Positions 9,223 through 17,712 of a DNA stretch of 44,310 bases are shown in pieces. The notes beneath the pieces were generated by a model. The model was not told the DNA's origin, did not search any database, and saw only the letters and a list, made by a program, of their open reading frames with translations. This stretch comes from an uncultured bacterium (lineage in GTDB: Bacteria; Patescibacteriota; Minisyncoccia; UBA6257; 2-01-FULL-56-20): contig OY970126.1 of NCBI GenBank assembly GCA_963705915.1, positions 362,306-406,615 of the forward strand. The letters are read 5' to 3'. Numbering within the stretch: position 1 is the stretch's first letter; the number at the start of each line of letters is the position of its first letter. The position numbers and the translations under genes were made by a program.

Positions 9223-9735
9223 TTATATGTTTCCTGATTTACGACGACTGAAGGTTCGCTTCCAGAAACTCGGCTTTTGCGCCTGCACCGGCTGGTCGCT
9301 TTCATTCGGTTGGCGCTTGTCTTTCACTTTCTTCGTATCGGAAACTTGCGGAAGCTTTGTTTTCTTCGGCGTCACGATCGTGTATTTATTTTTGAGATTG
9401 GCATTCACCCCGAGCGTGATCGTCACATGACTCATCTTCTTTTGGATAGGGCTCGCCGATCCGCGGGCGCGCGGAAGGATACGCTTGAGCATCGGACCGC
9501 CATCAACTCGCACATTTTGCACAAAAAGATGTTCAGGATCAAGCTTTTGATTTGACTTTGCATTGGCAACAGCCGAGCGCAACAGTTTAAGGAGCGCCTT
9601 CGCCGGACGGCGGGTCTGCACAAGGAGTTGAGCTTCGGCGTCGTTCACCGACAACCCTTTCACGAGGTCGCCAACGCTCCGCACTTTGCGCGGTGCCATC
9701 CGAAGATATCGTAATGTGGCTGTTTGCTGTTCCAT
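9223..9735 (-). CDS. rplV: 50S ribosomal protein L22 with ~50 aa C-terminal extension
   Basis: LRMAPRKVRSVGDLVKG...ILPRARGSASPIQKKMSHVTI, then a Lys-rich tail. Confidence 0.94.
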   Translation of the reverse strand: MEQQTATLRYLRMAPRKVRSVGDLVKGLSVNDAEAQLLVQTRRPAKALLKLLRSAVANAKSNQKLDPEHLFVQNVRVDGGPMLKRILPRARGSASPIQKKMSHVTITLGVNANLKNKYTIVTPKKTKLPQVSDTKKVKDKRQPNESDQPVQAQKPSFWKRTFSRRKSGNI

Positions 9736-9754
9736 GGATTGCTAATTATTGTGC

Positions 9755-10090
9755 TTATTTGCCCGGCGCGGCTTTTGCCGCCTGCGCAGCAGCTTTGCCT
9801 GCTTCTGCGGCCTTGAGTTCAAGTTCTTTGGTGAGCTTGCCGCCGTGGCGGGTGAACTTGCGCGTTGGAGAAAATTCGCCAAGACGGTGGCCAACCATTT
9901 CTTCGGTTACACGGACTTCGATGTGTGTCTTGCCATTGTGTACGCCAAAAATATGGCCCACCATCTCTGGTGCAATTTCCGACGCACGCGACCAGGTCTT
10001 GATGACCGTACCGCTGCCCGGCTTGTCCGCAGCCACTTTCTTAAGCAGCTTCGGATCGACGAATGGTCCTTTTTTTGAACTTCGGCTCAT
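9755..10090 (-). CDS. rpsS: 30S ribosomal protein S19
   Basis: [12 protein letters not shown]...[31 protein letters not shown]. Confidence 0.96.
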   Translation of the reverse strand: MSRSSKKGPFVDPKLLKKVAADKPGSGTVIKTWSRASEIAPEMVGHIFGVHNGKTHIEVRVTEEMVGHRLGEFSPTRKFTRHGGKLTKELELKAAEAGKAAAQAAKAAPGK

Positions 10091-10110
10091 GGGTTTGGTT
10101 TAAAAATTAT

Positions 10111-10953
10111 TTAGCGGGTTCCTCGCGCATTTTGGCGACGCTTTACAATAAACTGCGTGGATTTTTTCTTCCGGTTGCGCGTCTTGTGGCCGCCGGTCAC
10201 CTTGCCCCACATGGTCTTCGGTTTGCGAGTACCGCGAGGCTGGGCACCTTCGCCGCCACCGTACGGATGGTCAACCGGGTTCATAGCGCTGCCGCGAACC
10301 GTTGGACGGATGCCGAGCCACCGCGAACGGCCGGCTTTGCCGATCGAAATCAAATTCCATTCTGCATTTGAAACCTGGCCGAGCGAAGCGAGGCCAGTCC
10401 ATTGCACGCGGCGCACTTCACCGGAGTTTAACTTTAAATCCGTGTAGCCATCGGCGTTTGCCAAGACTTCGGCATACGATCCCGCTGAACGGGCAAGCTG
10501 ACCGCCGTGTCCCGGCGAGAGTTCGATGTTGTGCACCTGGTAACCAACCGGAATATTCTTGAGGGCCATGCGGTTGCCCGGTTTGAACGGAGTCGCTTCC
10601 GCGATCATAAGTTCAACGCCCGCCTTCAACCCTTCCGGAGCAAGAATGTAGCTGCGGCTTCCATCGGCATTTTTCACGCGCGCGATGAACGCGGTGCGAT
10701 ACGGATCATATTCAACGGTTTCAACAAGCAACTTAGTATTCAATGCGTTCTGCTTGAAATCGATCATGCGATACATCTTCTTGTTGCCGCCGCCCTGGTG
10801 ACGCGTGGTGATCCGGCCCTGCGAGTTGCGACCGGCATTCGATTTCAAACGCTTTAAAAGCGGCTTCCAAGGACGCGCACCTTTGGTGAGGACGCTATAG
10901 TCGGTTCCCGTCATATTGCGCCGCGAGGCGGTTGTTGGTTTATAGGTTTTCAT
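10111..10953 (-). CDS. rplB: 50S ribosomal protein L2
   Basis: 280 aa, GRNSQGRITTRHQGGG...MNPVDHPYGGGEG. Confidence 0.97.
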   Translation of the reverse strand: MKTYKPTTASRRNMTGTDYSVLTKGARPWKPLLKRLKSNAGRNSQGRITTRHQGGGNKKMYRMIDFKQNALNTKLLVETVEYDPYRTAFIARVKNADGSRSYILAPEGLKAGVELMIAEATPFKPGNRMALKNIPVGYQVHNIELSPGHGGQLARSAGSYAEVLANADGYTDLKLNSGEVRRVQWTGLASLGQVSNAEWNLISIGKAGRSRWLGIRPTVRGSAMNPVDHPYGGGEGAQPRGTRKPKTMWGKVTGGHKTRNRKKKSTQFIVKRRQNARGTR

Positions 10954-11228
10954 TACACGAGGTCTATTTTCTGCCCCTCCTTTATTGTGACGATTGCCTT
11001 GCGATAGCCTTCCTGAAAGCCACGCTTGTTCATGAAGCGCTTTTGTTTTGCGGGCCGGTTCACCACATTCACGTCTACCACGTCAACTTTATAAAGCTCG
11101 TGAATGGCTTTCTTGATTTCCGGCTTTGTTGCTTTTTCTTTTACCACAAACACATACTTGCCCTCCGCGGTAAGGTCGGTGGACTTTTCAGTGATCCAGG
11201 GTTTTTTGATGATAAATGCGTCGTTCAT
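10953..11228 (-). CDS. rplW: 50S ribosomal protein L23
   Basis: 91 aa, PWITEKS...YVFVV...KPEIKKAIHELYKVDVVDVN. Confidence 0.94.
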   Translation of the reverse strand: MNDAFIIKKPWITEKSTDLTAEGKYVFVVKEKATKPEIKKAIHELYKVDVVDVNVVNRPAKQKRFMNKRGFQEGYRKAIVTIKEGQKIDLV

Positions 11229-11230
11229 GG

Positions 11231-11875
11231 TTACACCGTATAATGTTTGCCAATCGTTTCGACTGCCGCTTTATCAATGAAAAGATTCTTGTGGTTTAAA
11301 ATATCGTACACATTGAGCGACGTGGCGTCGATTGCCTTAGCCTTCTGCAAGTTCGATGACGCACGGAACAGGTTTTTGTTTTCGCCGTTTGCGACGAGTA
11401 AAACGTCGTAGCGCTTCTTGCCCTTCGGCATCGTCAAAATCCCATGAAGCGCACCGGCCAACATTTTTGTTTTCGGTGCATCGATCGCGAGTGCATCAAA
11501 AACTTTCATTTCGCCGTCTTTTGCTTTGCGTGACAGCGCAGCAAAAAGCGCAACGGTTTTCATCTTCTTATTCACTTTCTGCGAATAATCTTTATCGTTC
11601 CGAGGGCCATGAGCTTTGCCGCCGTGCACCCAGATCGGTGAACGCGTTGAACCGTGGCGAGCGCGGCCAGTCCCCTTTTGACGCCATGGCTTTTTCCCGC
11701 CGCCGGAGACTTCGCTCCGATCTTTCACATGCGCCCACGGGCGACGGGCATTCGCGGCCTGTGCATCCAAAACCTGCTTGATGAGCGTTGCGTTCCAGCG
11801 CGTGCCAAAAACCGCGTCCGGTAACTCCACCGTACCAACAACTTCATTCTTCAAATTGTAGACGTCGGTCTTCAT
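11231..11875 (-). CDS. rplD: 50S ribosomal protein L4
   Basis: 214 aa, GGGKKPWRQKGTGRARHGSTRSPIWVHGG. Confidence 0.96.
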   Translation of the reverse strand: MKTDVYNLKNEVVGTVELPDAVFGTRWNATLIKQVLDAQAANARRPWAHVKDRSEVSGGGKKPWRQKGTGRARHGSTRSPIWVHGGKAHGPRNDKDYSQKVNKKMKTVALFAALSRKAKDGEMKVFDALAIDAPKTKMLAGALHGILTMPKGKKRYDVLLVANGENKNLFRASSNLQKAKAIDATSLNVYDILNHKNLFIDKAAVETIGKHYTV

Positions 11876-11883
11876 GATAAACG

Positions 11884-12471
11884 TTATTTTGCGGCAGTCG
11901 CCTTGGTCGGCGCACTGGTCGCAATTTCTAAAACACCTCCCTTTGCGCCCGGCACCGCGCCGCGCAAAAAGAGGAGGTTTTTTTCTGCATCAATCGCTGC
12001 AACGACCAAATTCTTGATCGTCACGCGTTCGGTCCCCATGTGTCCTGCCATACGACGGCCCGGAACAACGCGTTGGAATGCCGTGGAGCCGATGGAGCCC
12101 GGAGCACGATAGCGATTTTTTTGGCCGTGCGTCTTTGGTCCGCCGCCAAAGCCATGGCGCTTCACAACACCCTGAAATCCCCGGCCCTTCGTGAGGCCCG
12201 AGACACGGACTTTGTCGCCTTCTTTGAAAGCTTCAACGGTCACGTCGCCATCAAGGGCGAACTTGTCCATCTCGATTTTTTGCGAAAGACGATTACGAAA
12301 TTCGCGCTTTGTGCGGCCGAGCGCAACCTGGACGGCCTCGTAGCCATCTCTATCATTTGAACGCACCATGGAAACCTTGTTTGGCTCGGCTTTAATAACC
12401 GTGACAGGAACCACTTTCCCATCTTTCCAAATCTGCGTCATGTTTATTTTTTTGCCTAAGATAAAGGCCAT
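11884..12471 (-). CDS. rplC: 50S ribosomal protein L3
   Basis: 195 aa, [21 protein letters not shown]-type block ([35 protein letters not shown]). Confidence 0.96.
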   Translation of the reverse strand: [195 protein letters not shown]

Positions 12472-12554
12472 AGTCTTGATCGTTCCCCGAGGCCACGTCT
12501 GCCTTTATAGACAAACGACCAGGGAAATCCAGTAGAGTTAATGAAAAACTAATG

Positions 12555-12688
12555 AAAAACCGGGGACTTGCCCCGGACCTCGTATGCCACAACCCAATAA
12601 AGAGGGCCCGGTCAGGAGCCTCTATTACAAGAAAACGGTTTTCGCTTTCTCATTGATTTTGTTGGCATAAAACGTCCGAGGAAACCTT
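12555..12688 (-). promoter_or_regulatory. structured leader ending in an intrinsic terminator (candidate attenuator) upstream of rplC
   Basis: On the minus strand, a long-range stem CCUCG..UAUGCCAAC / GUUGUGGCAUA-CGAGG encloses hairpins AGAGG/CCUCU and GAAAA/UUUUC. It is followed by CCGGGG-CAAGU-CCCCGG (12576..12560) + UUUUU. The structure ends 84 nt before the rplC ATG. Confidence 0.5.
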
Positions 12689-12695
12689 GGGATAG

Positions 12696-12723
12696 AGTAT
12701 AGCAGAACCGAAGATAGTGTCAA
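12696..12723 (-). promoter_or_regulatory. sigma70-like promoter TTGACA-16nt-TATACT feeding the rplC leader
   Basis: Exact TTGACA (12723..12718), directly after the stop of the upstream small ORF. TATACT at 12701..12696. Confidence 0.5.
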
Positions 12724-12724
12724 C

Positions 12725-12997
12725 TCACGCGTTCCCTCCGGGAGTTTGCTTCCGAAACTCTTCCGCTATTTGCCTTTCCATGTCTCCCTGACTGAGCTCT
12801 CTAAAAAAATCGAATTCGGTTAAACCAGATTCCCGAAAATGCTTGATTATAATCTGCACGCGAGGATCCTCTACGATGTCGAAATTATTGTATTGTTCCT
12901 CTCCCATCTGTGCGAGAATTTTATGCGCCATGATCATCTCCTCCGGCGATGCTTCGCGGTCAGTAGGAGGTTTTCGTTCCATAGACTCAGAGCTCAT
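12725..12997 (-). CDS. small acidic hypothetical protein (90 aa)
   Basis: ORF with protein-like composition (DIVEDPRVQIIIKHFRESGLTEFDFFRELSQGDMERQIAEEF). No recognisable family and no clear SD. Confidence 0.45.
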   Translation of the reverse strand: MSSESMERKPPTDREASPEEMIMAHKILAQMGEEQYNNFDIVEDPRVQIIIKHFRESGLTEFDFFRELSQGDMERQIAEEFRKQTPGGNA

Positions 12998-13054
12998 ATG
13001 TTCAGTATAACAAAAATGGCGCAGCTCTTGAAAGCTACGCCTAATCTGTCACCG

Positions 13055-13570
13055 TCACTTTGCCGCACATCGCCATCTCCCGGACATGAATCGTTCGCAC
13101 GTGATGTGTGGCGGAGCTTTACCGATCGATTGGTAAAGAACCTCTCTGTCGTATACCTCAACATTTTGATCGGTGCATCGGACAAGGATGCCTATCCGCT
13201 GATCCCTTGATGCTGGCCCAACAAAATCGCATGAACCTTTCCAGACCGACATTTGACCGAGAGCATCATCGTACATCGTGGCACTGGTCACGATCGAGAC
13301 GAGCGACAGAAGGATAAGCACAAAAGGCAAAAGTACACGCTCTCCCTTTACTCTCCAAACAAATACACCGACGAGAACAGTGGCCACGACGTAACTCACA
13401 AGAAAGGTTGTGAGATGAGGATATGCCACACGCTTCAAGCCGTAGGCATACGTGAGCGGAAGAACAACTATCGATCCTATCGCAAATGCCCCAAGTACTC
13501 CGTAGCCAGCGTACGCCAACCAACGCCATAAACTAACTGGCTTTTTCGTCTCTGTGTTCACTTGTTCCAT
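13055..13570 (-). CDS. hypothetical membrane protein (3 predicted TM helices + Cys-containing C-terminal domain)
   Basis: Start trimmed to the ATG preceded by AGGAGG (gcAGGAGGtcgtgATG). Hydrophobic segments: LAYAGYGVLGAFAIGSIVVLPL, FLVSYVVATVLVGVFVW, LLPFVLILLSLVSIV. Confidence 0.65.
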   Translation of the reverse strand: MEQVNTETKKPVSLWRWLAYAGYGVLGAFAIGSIVVLPLTYAYGLKRVAYPHLTTFLVSYVVATVLVGVFVWRVKGERVLLPFVLILLSLVSIVTSATMYDDALGQMSVWKGSCDFVGPASRDQRIGILVRCTDQNVEVYDREVLYQSIGKAPPHITCERFMSGRWRCAAK

Positions 13571-13624
13571 CACGACCTCCTGCAAAGCTTGTACCACCTT
13601 TACGAACGACTCGTCAATGCGGAA

Positions 13625-13656
13625 AACAAAAATCCCCGCAACGCGCGGGGATTTTT
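13625..13656. terminator. bidirectional intrinsic terminator just downstream of rpsJ
   Basis: tccccgc-aacgc-gcgggga (13633-13639/13645-13651), flanked by an A-run and a T-run. On the minus strand the U-tract follows the stem. Confidence 0.65.
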
Positions 13657-13701
13657 GTTCATGCAGATTCCAGGCCCGTCGAGCTTCGCCTCGACAGGGT
13701 T

Positions 13702-14025
13702 CTAGACCATCTTGATCTCGATATCGACACCTGCCGGAAGATTCAAGTTCGAAAGTGATTCGATGATCTTCTGGCTCGGATTCAATATTTCGACGAGACG
13801 CTTGTGCACCCGAAGCTCGAACTGCTCGCGCGAATCCTTGTGGACGAACGTCGAGCGGTTCACCGTGTAGCGCTTGATCTCGGTTGGAAGCGGGATCGGA
13901 CCCACCACGTTCGCATCATTGCGCTCGGCGGCTTCGATGATCTGGCGTGCCGAATTATCGATCAACTTGTGATCGTACGACTTGATGCGTAAGCGAATTT
14001 TTTGAGGTGCTTCGGTCTTGGCCAT
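13702..14025 (-). CDS. rpsJ: 30S ribosomal protein S10
   Basis: [30 protein letters not shown]...[32 protein letters not shown] at 14025, 2 nt after the tuf stop. The listed 412-aa ORF fuses it to out-of-frame tuf sequence. Confidence 0.95.
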   Translation of the reverse strand: MAKTEAPQKIRLRIKSYDHKLIDNSARQIIEAAERNDANVVGPIPLPTEIKRYTVNRSTFVHKDSREQFELRVHKRLVEILNPSQKIIESLSNLNLPAGVDIEIKMV

Positions 14026-14027
14026 CG

Positions 14028-15232
14028 TTATTTGCTGATCTTCGTAACGACGCCGGCGCCGACGGTGTTGCCGCCTTCGCGGATGGCGAAGCGCATTTTC
14101 TCTTCGAGAGCAACCGGAGTGATGAGCTTCACGTTGATCTTCACCGTGTCGCCCGGCATGACCATTTCCATGCCTTCCGGAAGCGTCAACTTCGCCCGTC
14201 ACGTCCGTGGTGCGGATGTAGAACTGCGGCTTGTAGCCCTTGAAGAACGGAGAGTGGCGGCCGCCTTCCTCTTTCGAAAGCACGTAGATTTCGGCTTCGA
14301 ATTCGGAGTGCGGGGTCACCGTGCCCGGCTTTGCGAGCACCTGGCCGCGCTCCACGTCTTCTTTCTTGAGACCGCGGAGCAACGCGCCGACGTTGTCGCC
14401 GGCCTGGCCTTCGTCGAGCAACTTGTTGAACATTTCGATGCCCGTGATGACGGTTTTCACCGTCGGACGGAGACCGACGATTTCAACTTCTTCGTTCACC
14501 TTCACCTTGCCGCGCTCGATGCGGCCAGTAACGACCGTGCCGCGTCCTTCAATCGAGAAGATGTCTTCGATCGGCATAAGGAACGGCTTGTCGAGTTCGC
14601 GGACCGGATCCGGGAAGTAGTCATCCATCGCTTTCACGAGGTCCAAGATCGGCTTCGCATCCGCGTCATCGGCGGACGTTGCGTTCAAAGCCTTGAGGGC
14701 CGAACCGCGGATGACCGGCGCGTTGTCGCCGTCGAACTGATACTTCTTGAGAAGCTCGCGGACTTCGGATTCAACGAGGTCGATGAGTTCCGGATCGTCC
14801 ACCATGTCGACCTTGTTGAGGAAGACGATGATCGACGGAACGCCGACCTGGTGAGCCAAGCAGAATGTGCTCGCGCGTCTGAGGCATCGGGCCGTCCGTC
14901 GCGGCGACGACGAGGATCGCACCGTCCATCTGGGCGGCACCCGTGATCATGTTCTTGATGTAGTCAGCGTGTCCCGGAGCGTCGATGTGCGCATAGTGGC
15001 GCTTCTCCGACTCATACTCCGAGTGATGGAGAGCGATCGTGATACCACGCGCTTTTTCTTCCGGAGCGTTGTCGATCTGGTCGACTGTTCTCTTCTTTCT
15101 TTGCCAAGACCCTTCATGAACAAGCACGTGCGTGATCGCCGCGGTGAGGGTCGTCTTGCCGTGGTCAACGTGTCCGATCGTGCCGACGTTCAAGTGCGGC
15201 TTCGAGCGGGAGAATTTTTCTTTTTCTGCCAT
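14028..15232 (-). pseudogene. tuf: elongation factor Tu interrupted by two single-base insertions (true pseudogene, recoding, or sequence error)
   Basis: Three frames carry consecutive EF-Tu segments. 15232..14858: [28 protein letters not shown]...[13 protein letters not shown]. 14856..14188: [18 protein letters not shown]...RTTDVTGEV. 14186..14028: [19 protein letters not shown]...[17 protein letters not shown]. 1205 nt = 401 codons + 2. Confidence 0.9.
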
Positions 15233-15349
15233 TGTTTTTTAGTTAAAATTTATTTTTGCTTTTGTTCCCTCTTCTCGAACAAAAACAGCTACATGAGCTG
15301 TGAAAAACCTAAACCAATCGACCGGTTTAGAGAAAAGGTTTACCAAGCT

Positions 15350-15379
15350 ATTGTAGGGTAAAATGGCGGACCTTGTCAA
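15350..15379 (-). promoter_or_regulatory. sigma70-like promoter TTGACA-18nt-TACAAT for tuf-rpsJ
   Basis: Exact TTGACA (15379..15374) and TACAAT (15355..15350). ~110-nt 5' UTR with two short hairpins. Confidence 0.55.
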
Positions 15380-15447
15380 ATAATTATGGCGGATGTATAT
15401 CTAATGCAGAGTTTTAATTGAAAATTGACCTATCGAGGAGACAAAAG

Positions 15448-16965
15448 GTGAGAAAAACACCGCGAGTTTTTTTAGTAAACCCGGCCAACGTGACAGTCGG
15501 CATCAGCTTTATAACGCCGCGGTGGCTCTTCGTGCTTGCCTCCGCAACGCCGAGCGATCTCCTTGGAGATCCCGTCTTGATTGATGAAACCATCCAAAAA
15601 TTCAACTCGAACCTCGTTGAGCCCGGAGATATCGTCGGCATCGGAATAACTACCGACAACTGCCTTGCTGGCTATCGGGTCCTTCGTGAGGCGAAGCTGC
15701 GTGGAGCAACCGTCATTTTTGGCGGTATCCACACTACCATTTTCCCGAACGAACCTTTGAGTATGGGGGCGGACGCTGTCGTAACTGGCAACGGCGACGT
15801 CATGTGGTCTAAAGCCATAGAGGACGCTCTCGCCAAGAAATTACTCAAACGTTATGACGGCGGCAGATTACCCGGCGAACTTTTGCTTCCGGCGCGTTGG
15901 GACCTTATGAAGCCGGGGGAATATTTATTCCCTTCGCTTCAAACGATCGTTGGCTGTCCGGAGAACTGCACGTTTTGTTCGGTGTGGGTAACGGAAGGCC
16001 GCAAACCGCGTCAACGCCCCATCGACACGATCATTCAGGAAGTTGACGCTCTCAACGCAAAAGGCGTATCACTGATCGCCCTCGCGGATGACAACATAGC
16101 GCCGGCTACACTCGGACGTATCGCCCGAGCATGGGAAGAGAGTCCTGTTAAGGGGCGTGAATTCGAAAAAATCCGCGAACAGCGTTTGGCTTTCTACGAT
16201 GAATATGCCAAACGAGTCAAGCGGATCATCCCCGCCTTCACACAGATGACGTCGGAGACGGCAAGCGATCCAGAATATCTTGTCGCGCTTCATGACAAAA
16301 TGGGTGTTAAGGGAGCGCTCGTGGGCGTGGAAGATGTAACGGAGTCCGGACTTGAAAGCATTCGCAAGAGCTGGAGCCGCAATATCGTTGACGCCATCGA
16401 CACGATACAGGCGAATGGCATTAACGTATTAAGTTCAGTCATTTGCGGATTGGAAACCGACACGCCGAAAACATTCCGAGCAAAACAGGAATTCGCTAAA
16501 CGATCCAAAACTCGTTTCGTACAATACACGTTGTATCGTCCCTATCCAGGAACCGTGGACTTCAATGAGATGGTTAAAGACTTGGCCGGCCCGATCGCGT
16601 TGGCCAAGCACAAAATCAGACTCAAGAACCCTACCTACTGGCTAGACCCGACGCACCCGAGAGTTGTTATCGACCATCCGACGATGAAAGAGGATGTGAT
16701 CCTCGAAAACTTCGAGGAAATCTGGAATCGCTCCTATGATCCTCTGGGGATTATTGGAAGGGCATGGGATACTTCTTGGCCGCTCATGGGAAAACTCGCC
16801 TTCTTCCTGATCTCACTCTATTTTCGCAAAATCTTTGCGGATAGCGGGGTCGCGGCAGACGGAGCGCGGAAAAAACAATTAGGTTCCTCCACCCGTCTGA
16901 TGATCAAGGCCGGCGGAAAAGTGCTTGCATATTCGTATGCACGGAACAAAAAAATGGCCGCGTAA
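15448..16965 (+). CDS. B12-binding-domain radical SAM protein (class B type)
   Basis: N-terminal Rossmann-like B12-binding region (VGIGITT...IFGGIHTT). Radical SAM cluster motif GCPENCTFC (CxxxCxxC). Start placed at GTG 15448, 7 nt after GAGGAG; the track start TTG 15418 is the alternative. Confidence 0.8.
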   Translation: MRKTPRVFLVNPANVTVGISFITPRWLFVLASATPSDLLGDPVLIDETIQKFNSNLVEPGDIVGIGITTDNCLAGYRVLREAKLRGATVIFGGIHTTIFPNEPLSMGADAVVTGNGDVMWSKAIEDALAKKLLKRYDGGRLPGELLLPARWDLMKPGEYLFPSLQTIVGCPENCTFCSVWVTEGRKPRQRPIDTIIQEVDALNAKGVSLIALADDNIAPATLGRIARAWEESPVKGREFEKIREQRLAFYDEYAKRVKRIIPAFTQMTSETASDPEYLVALHDKMGVKGALVGVEDVTESGLESIRKSWSRNIVDAIDTIQANGINVLSSVICGLETDTPKTFRAKQEFAKRSKTRFVQYTLYRPYPGTVDFNEMVKDLAGPIALAKHKIRLKNPTYWLDPTHPRVVIDHPTMKEDVILENFEEIWNRSYDPLGIIGRAWDTSWPLMGKLAFFLISLYFRKIFADSGVAADGARKKQLGSSTRLMIKAGGKVLAYSYARNKKMAA

Positions 16966-16979
16966 AGATTTCTTTAGCC

Positions 16980-17012
16980 GTCGCTTCGAGAACTTCTCGG
17001 AGCGACTTTTTT
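16980..17012 (+). terminator. intrinsic terminator after the radical SAM gene
   Basis: gtcgcttcgag-aact-ctcggagcgac stem followed by T6. Confidence 0.7.
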
Positions 17013-17032
17013 ATTTTCCTCCTCTATTATTA

Positions 17033-17296
17033 TCATAAATACACCTTGTCCACGTAACACCACGTGAACTCCTCACCGGGCGAAACGGATTTCATGATCG
17101 GATGGCCCGTTGACTGAAAATGCTTTGTTGCGTGCTTGTTCTTGGAACTGTCACAGCAACCGACGTGGCCGCAGATGAGGCACATGCGGAGGTTCACCCA
17201 GGTGTCACCGATCTTGATGCATTCTTCGCAGACGGTGATATCTTTCGGATGGACGTCACGGATTTGGTCTTTATGGGTGCAAACCTTATCGGGCAT
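17033..17296 (-). CDS. UBP-type zinc-finger protein
   Basis: Start trimmed to MPDKVCTH. Cys/His pattern CEEC...CLICGHVGCC...HATKHF..GH, typical of zf-UBP. Confidence 0.7.
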   Translation of the reverse strand: MPDKVCTHKDQIRDVHPKDITVCEECIKIGDTWVNLRMCLICGHVGCCDSSKNKHATKHFQSTGHPIMKSVSPGEEFTWCYVDKVYL

Positions 17297-17338
17297 ACCT
17301 CTATTATAACCTACAGCGTACAACGTATACTAAAAGTG

Positions 17339-17710
17339 ATGACCAAAGCCACATATGCACGATTAGCCCAGGCTACCGTTGTCGTTCATGTCCTTTGGAC
17401 GATCCTGCTTTTTGTGGGAACCTTCGTCGGCTTCTTTTATCCTCCCTATGCCTGGTGGCAAATCGACCTTCTATCATTCACGATTCTCTCTTGGTTCCCA
17501 TTCGGACTCAAATGCGCGCTCACCGTGTGGATGCGCTGGTTCCAAAAGAAAGCCGGCATCTATGACGGCGACACGCGGACATTTATGGTGATCGCGCTAC
17601 ATAATATTTTCAAAAAAGAATTCACACGCAAGAAGACGGCGCTTGTCTCGGCGTGCTTCTTTGTTGCTTCGTATCTCATCTCGATCGGCGTACTCGCGCA
17701 CTGGTTTTAA
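17339..17710 (+). CDS. small membrane protein (DUF2784-like)
   Basis: Start trimmed to MTKATYARL; 3-4 hydrophobic helices. Family call is from memory of similar sequences only. Confidence 0.55.
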   Translation: MTKATYARLAQATVVVHVLWTILLFVGTFVGFFYPPYAWWQIDLLSFTILSWFPFGLKCALTVWMRWFQKKAGIYDGDTRTFMVIALHNIFKKEFTRKKTALVSACFFVASYLISIGVLAHWF

Positions 17711-17712
17711 CC

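Noticed and set aside
15075-15125. Possible additional compensated indels in the tuf N-terminal region
   Set aside because: The in-frame reading [16 protein letters not shown] looks atypical, and a shifted frame gives a more EF-Tu-like KGLGKER. The A-runs there could hide a -2/-1 pair. The frame is intact, however, and I cannot verify the ancestral sequence without homologs, so it is not claimed.
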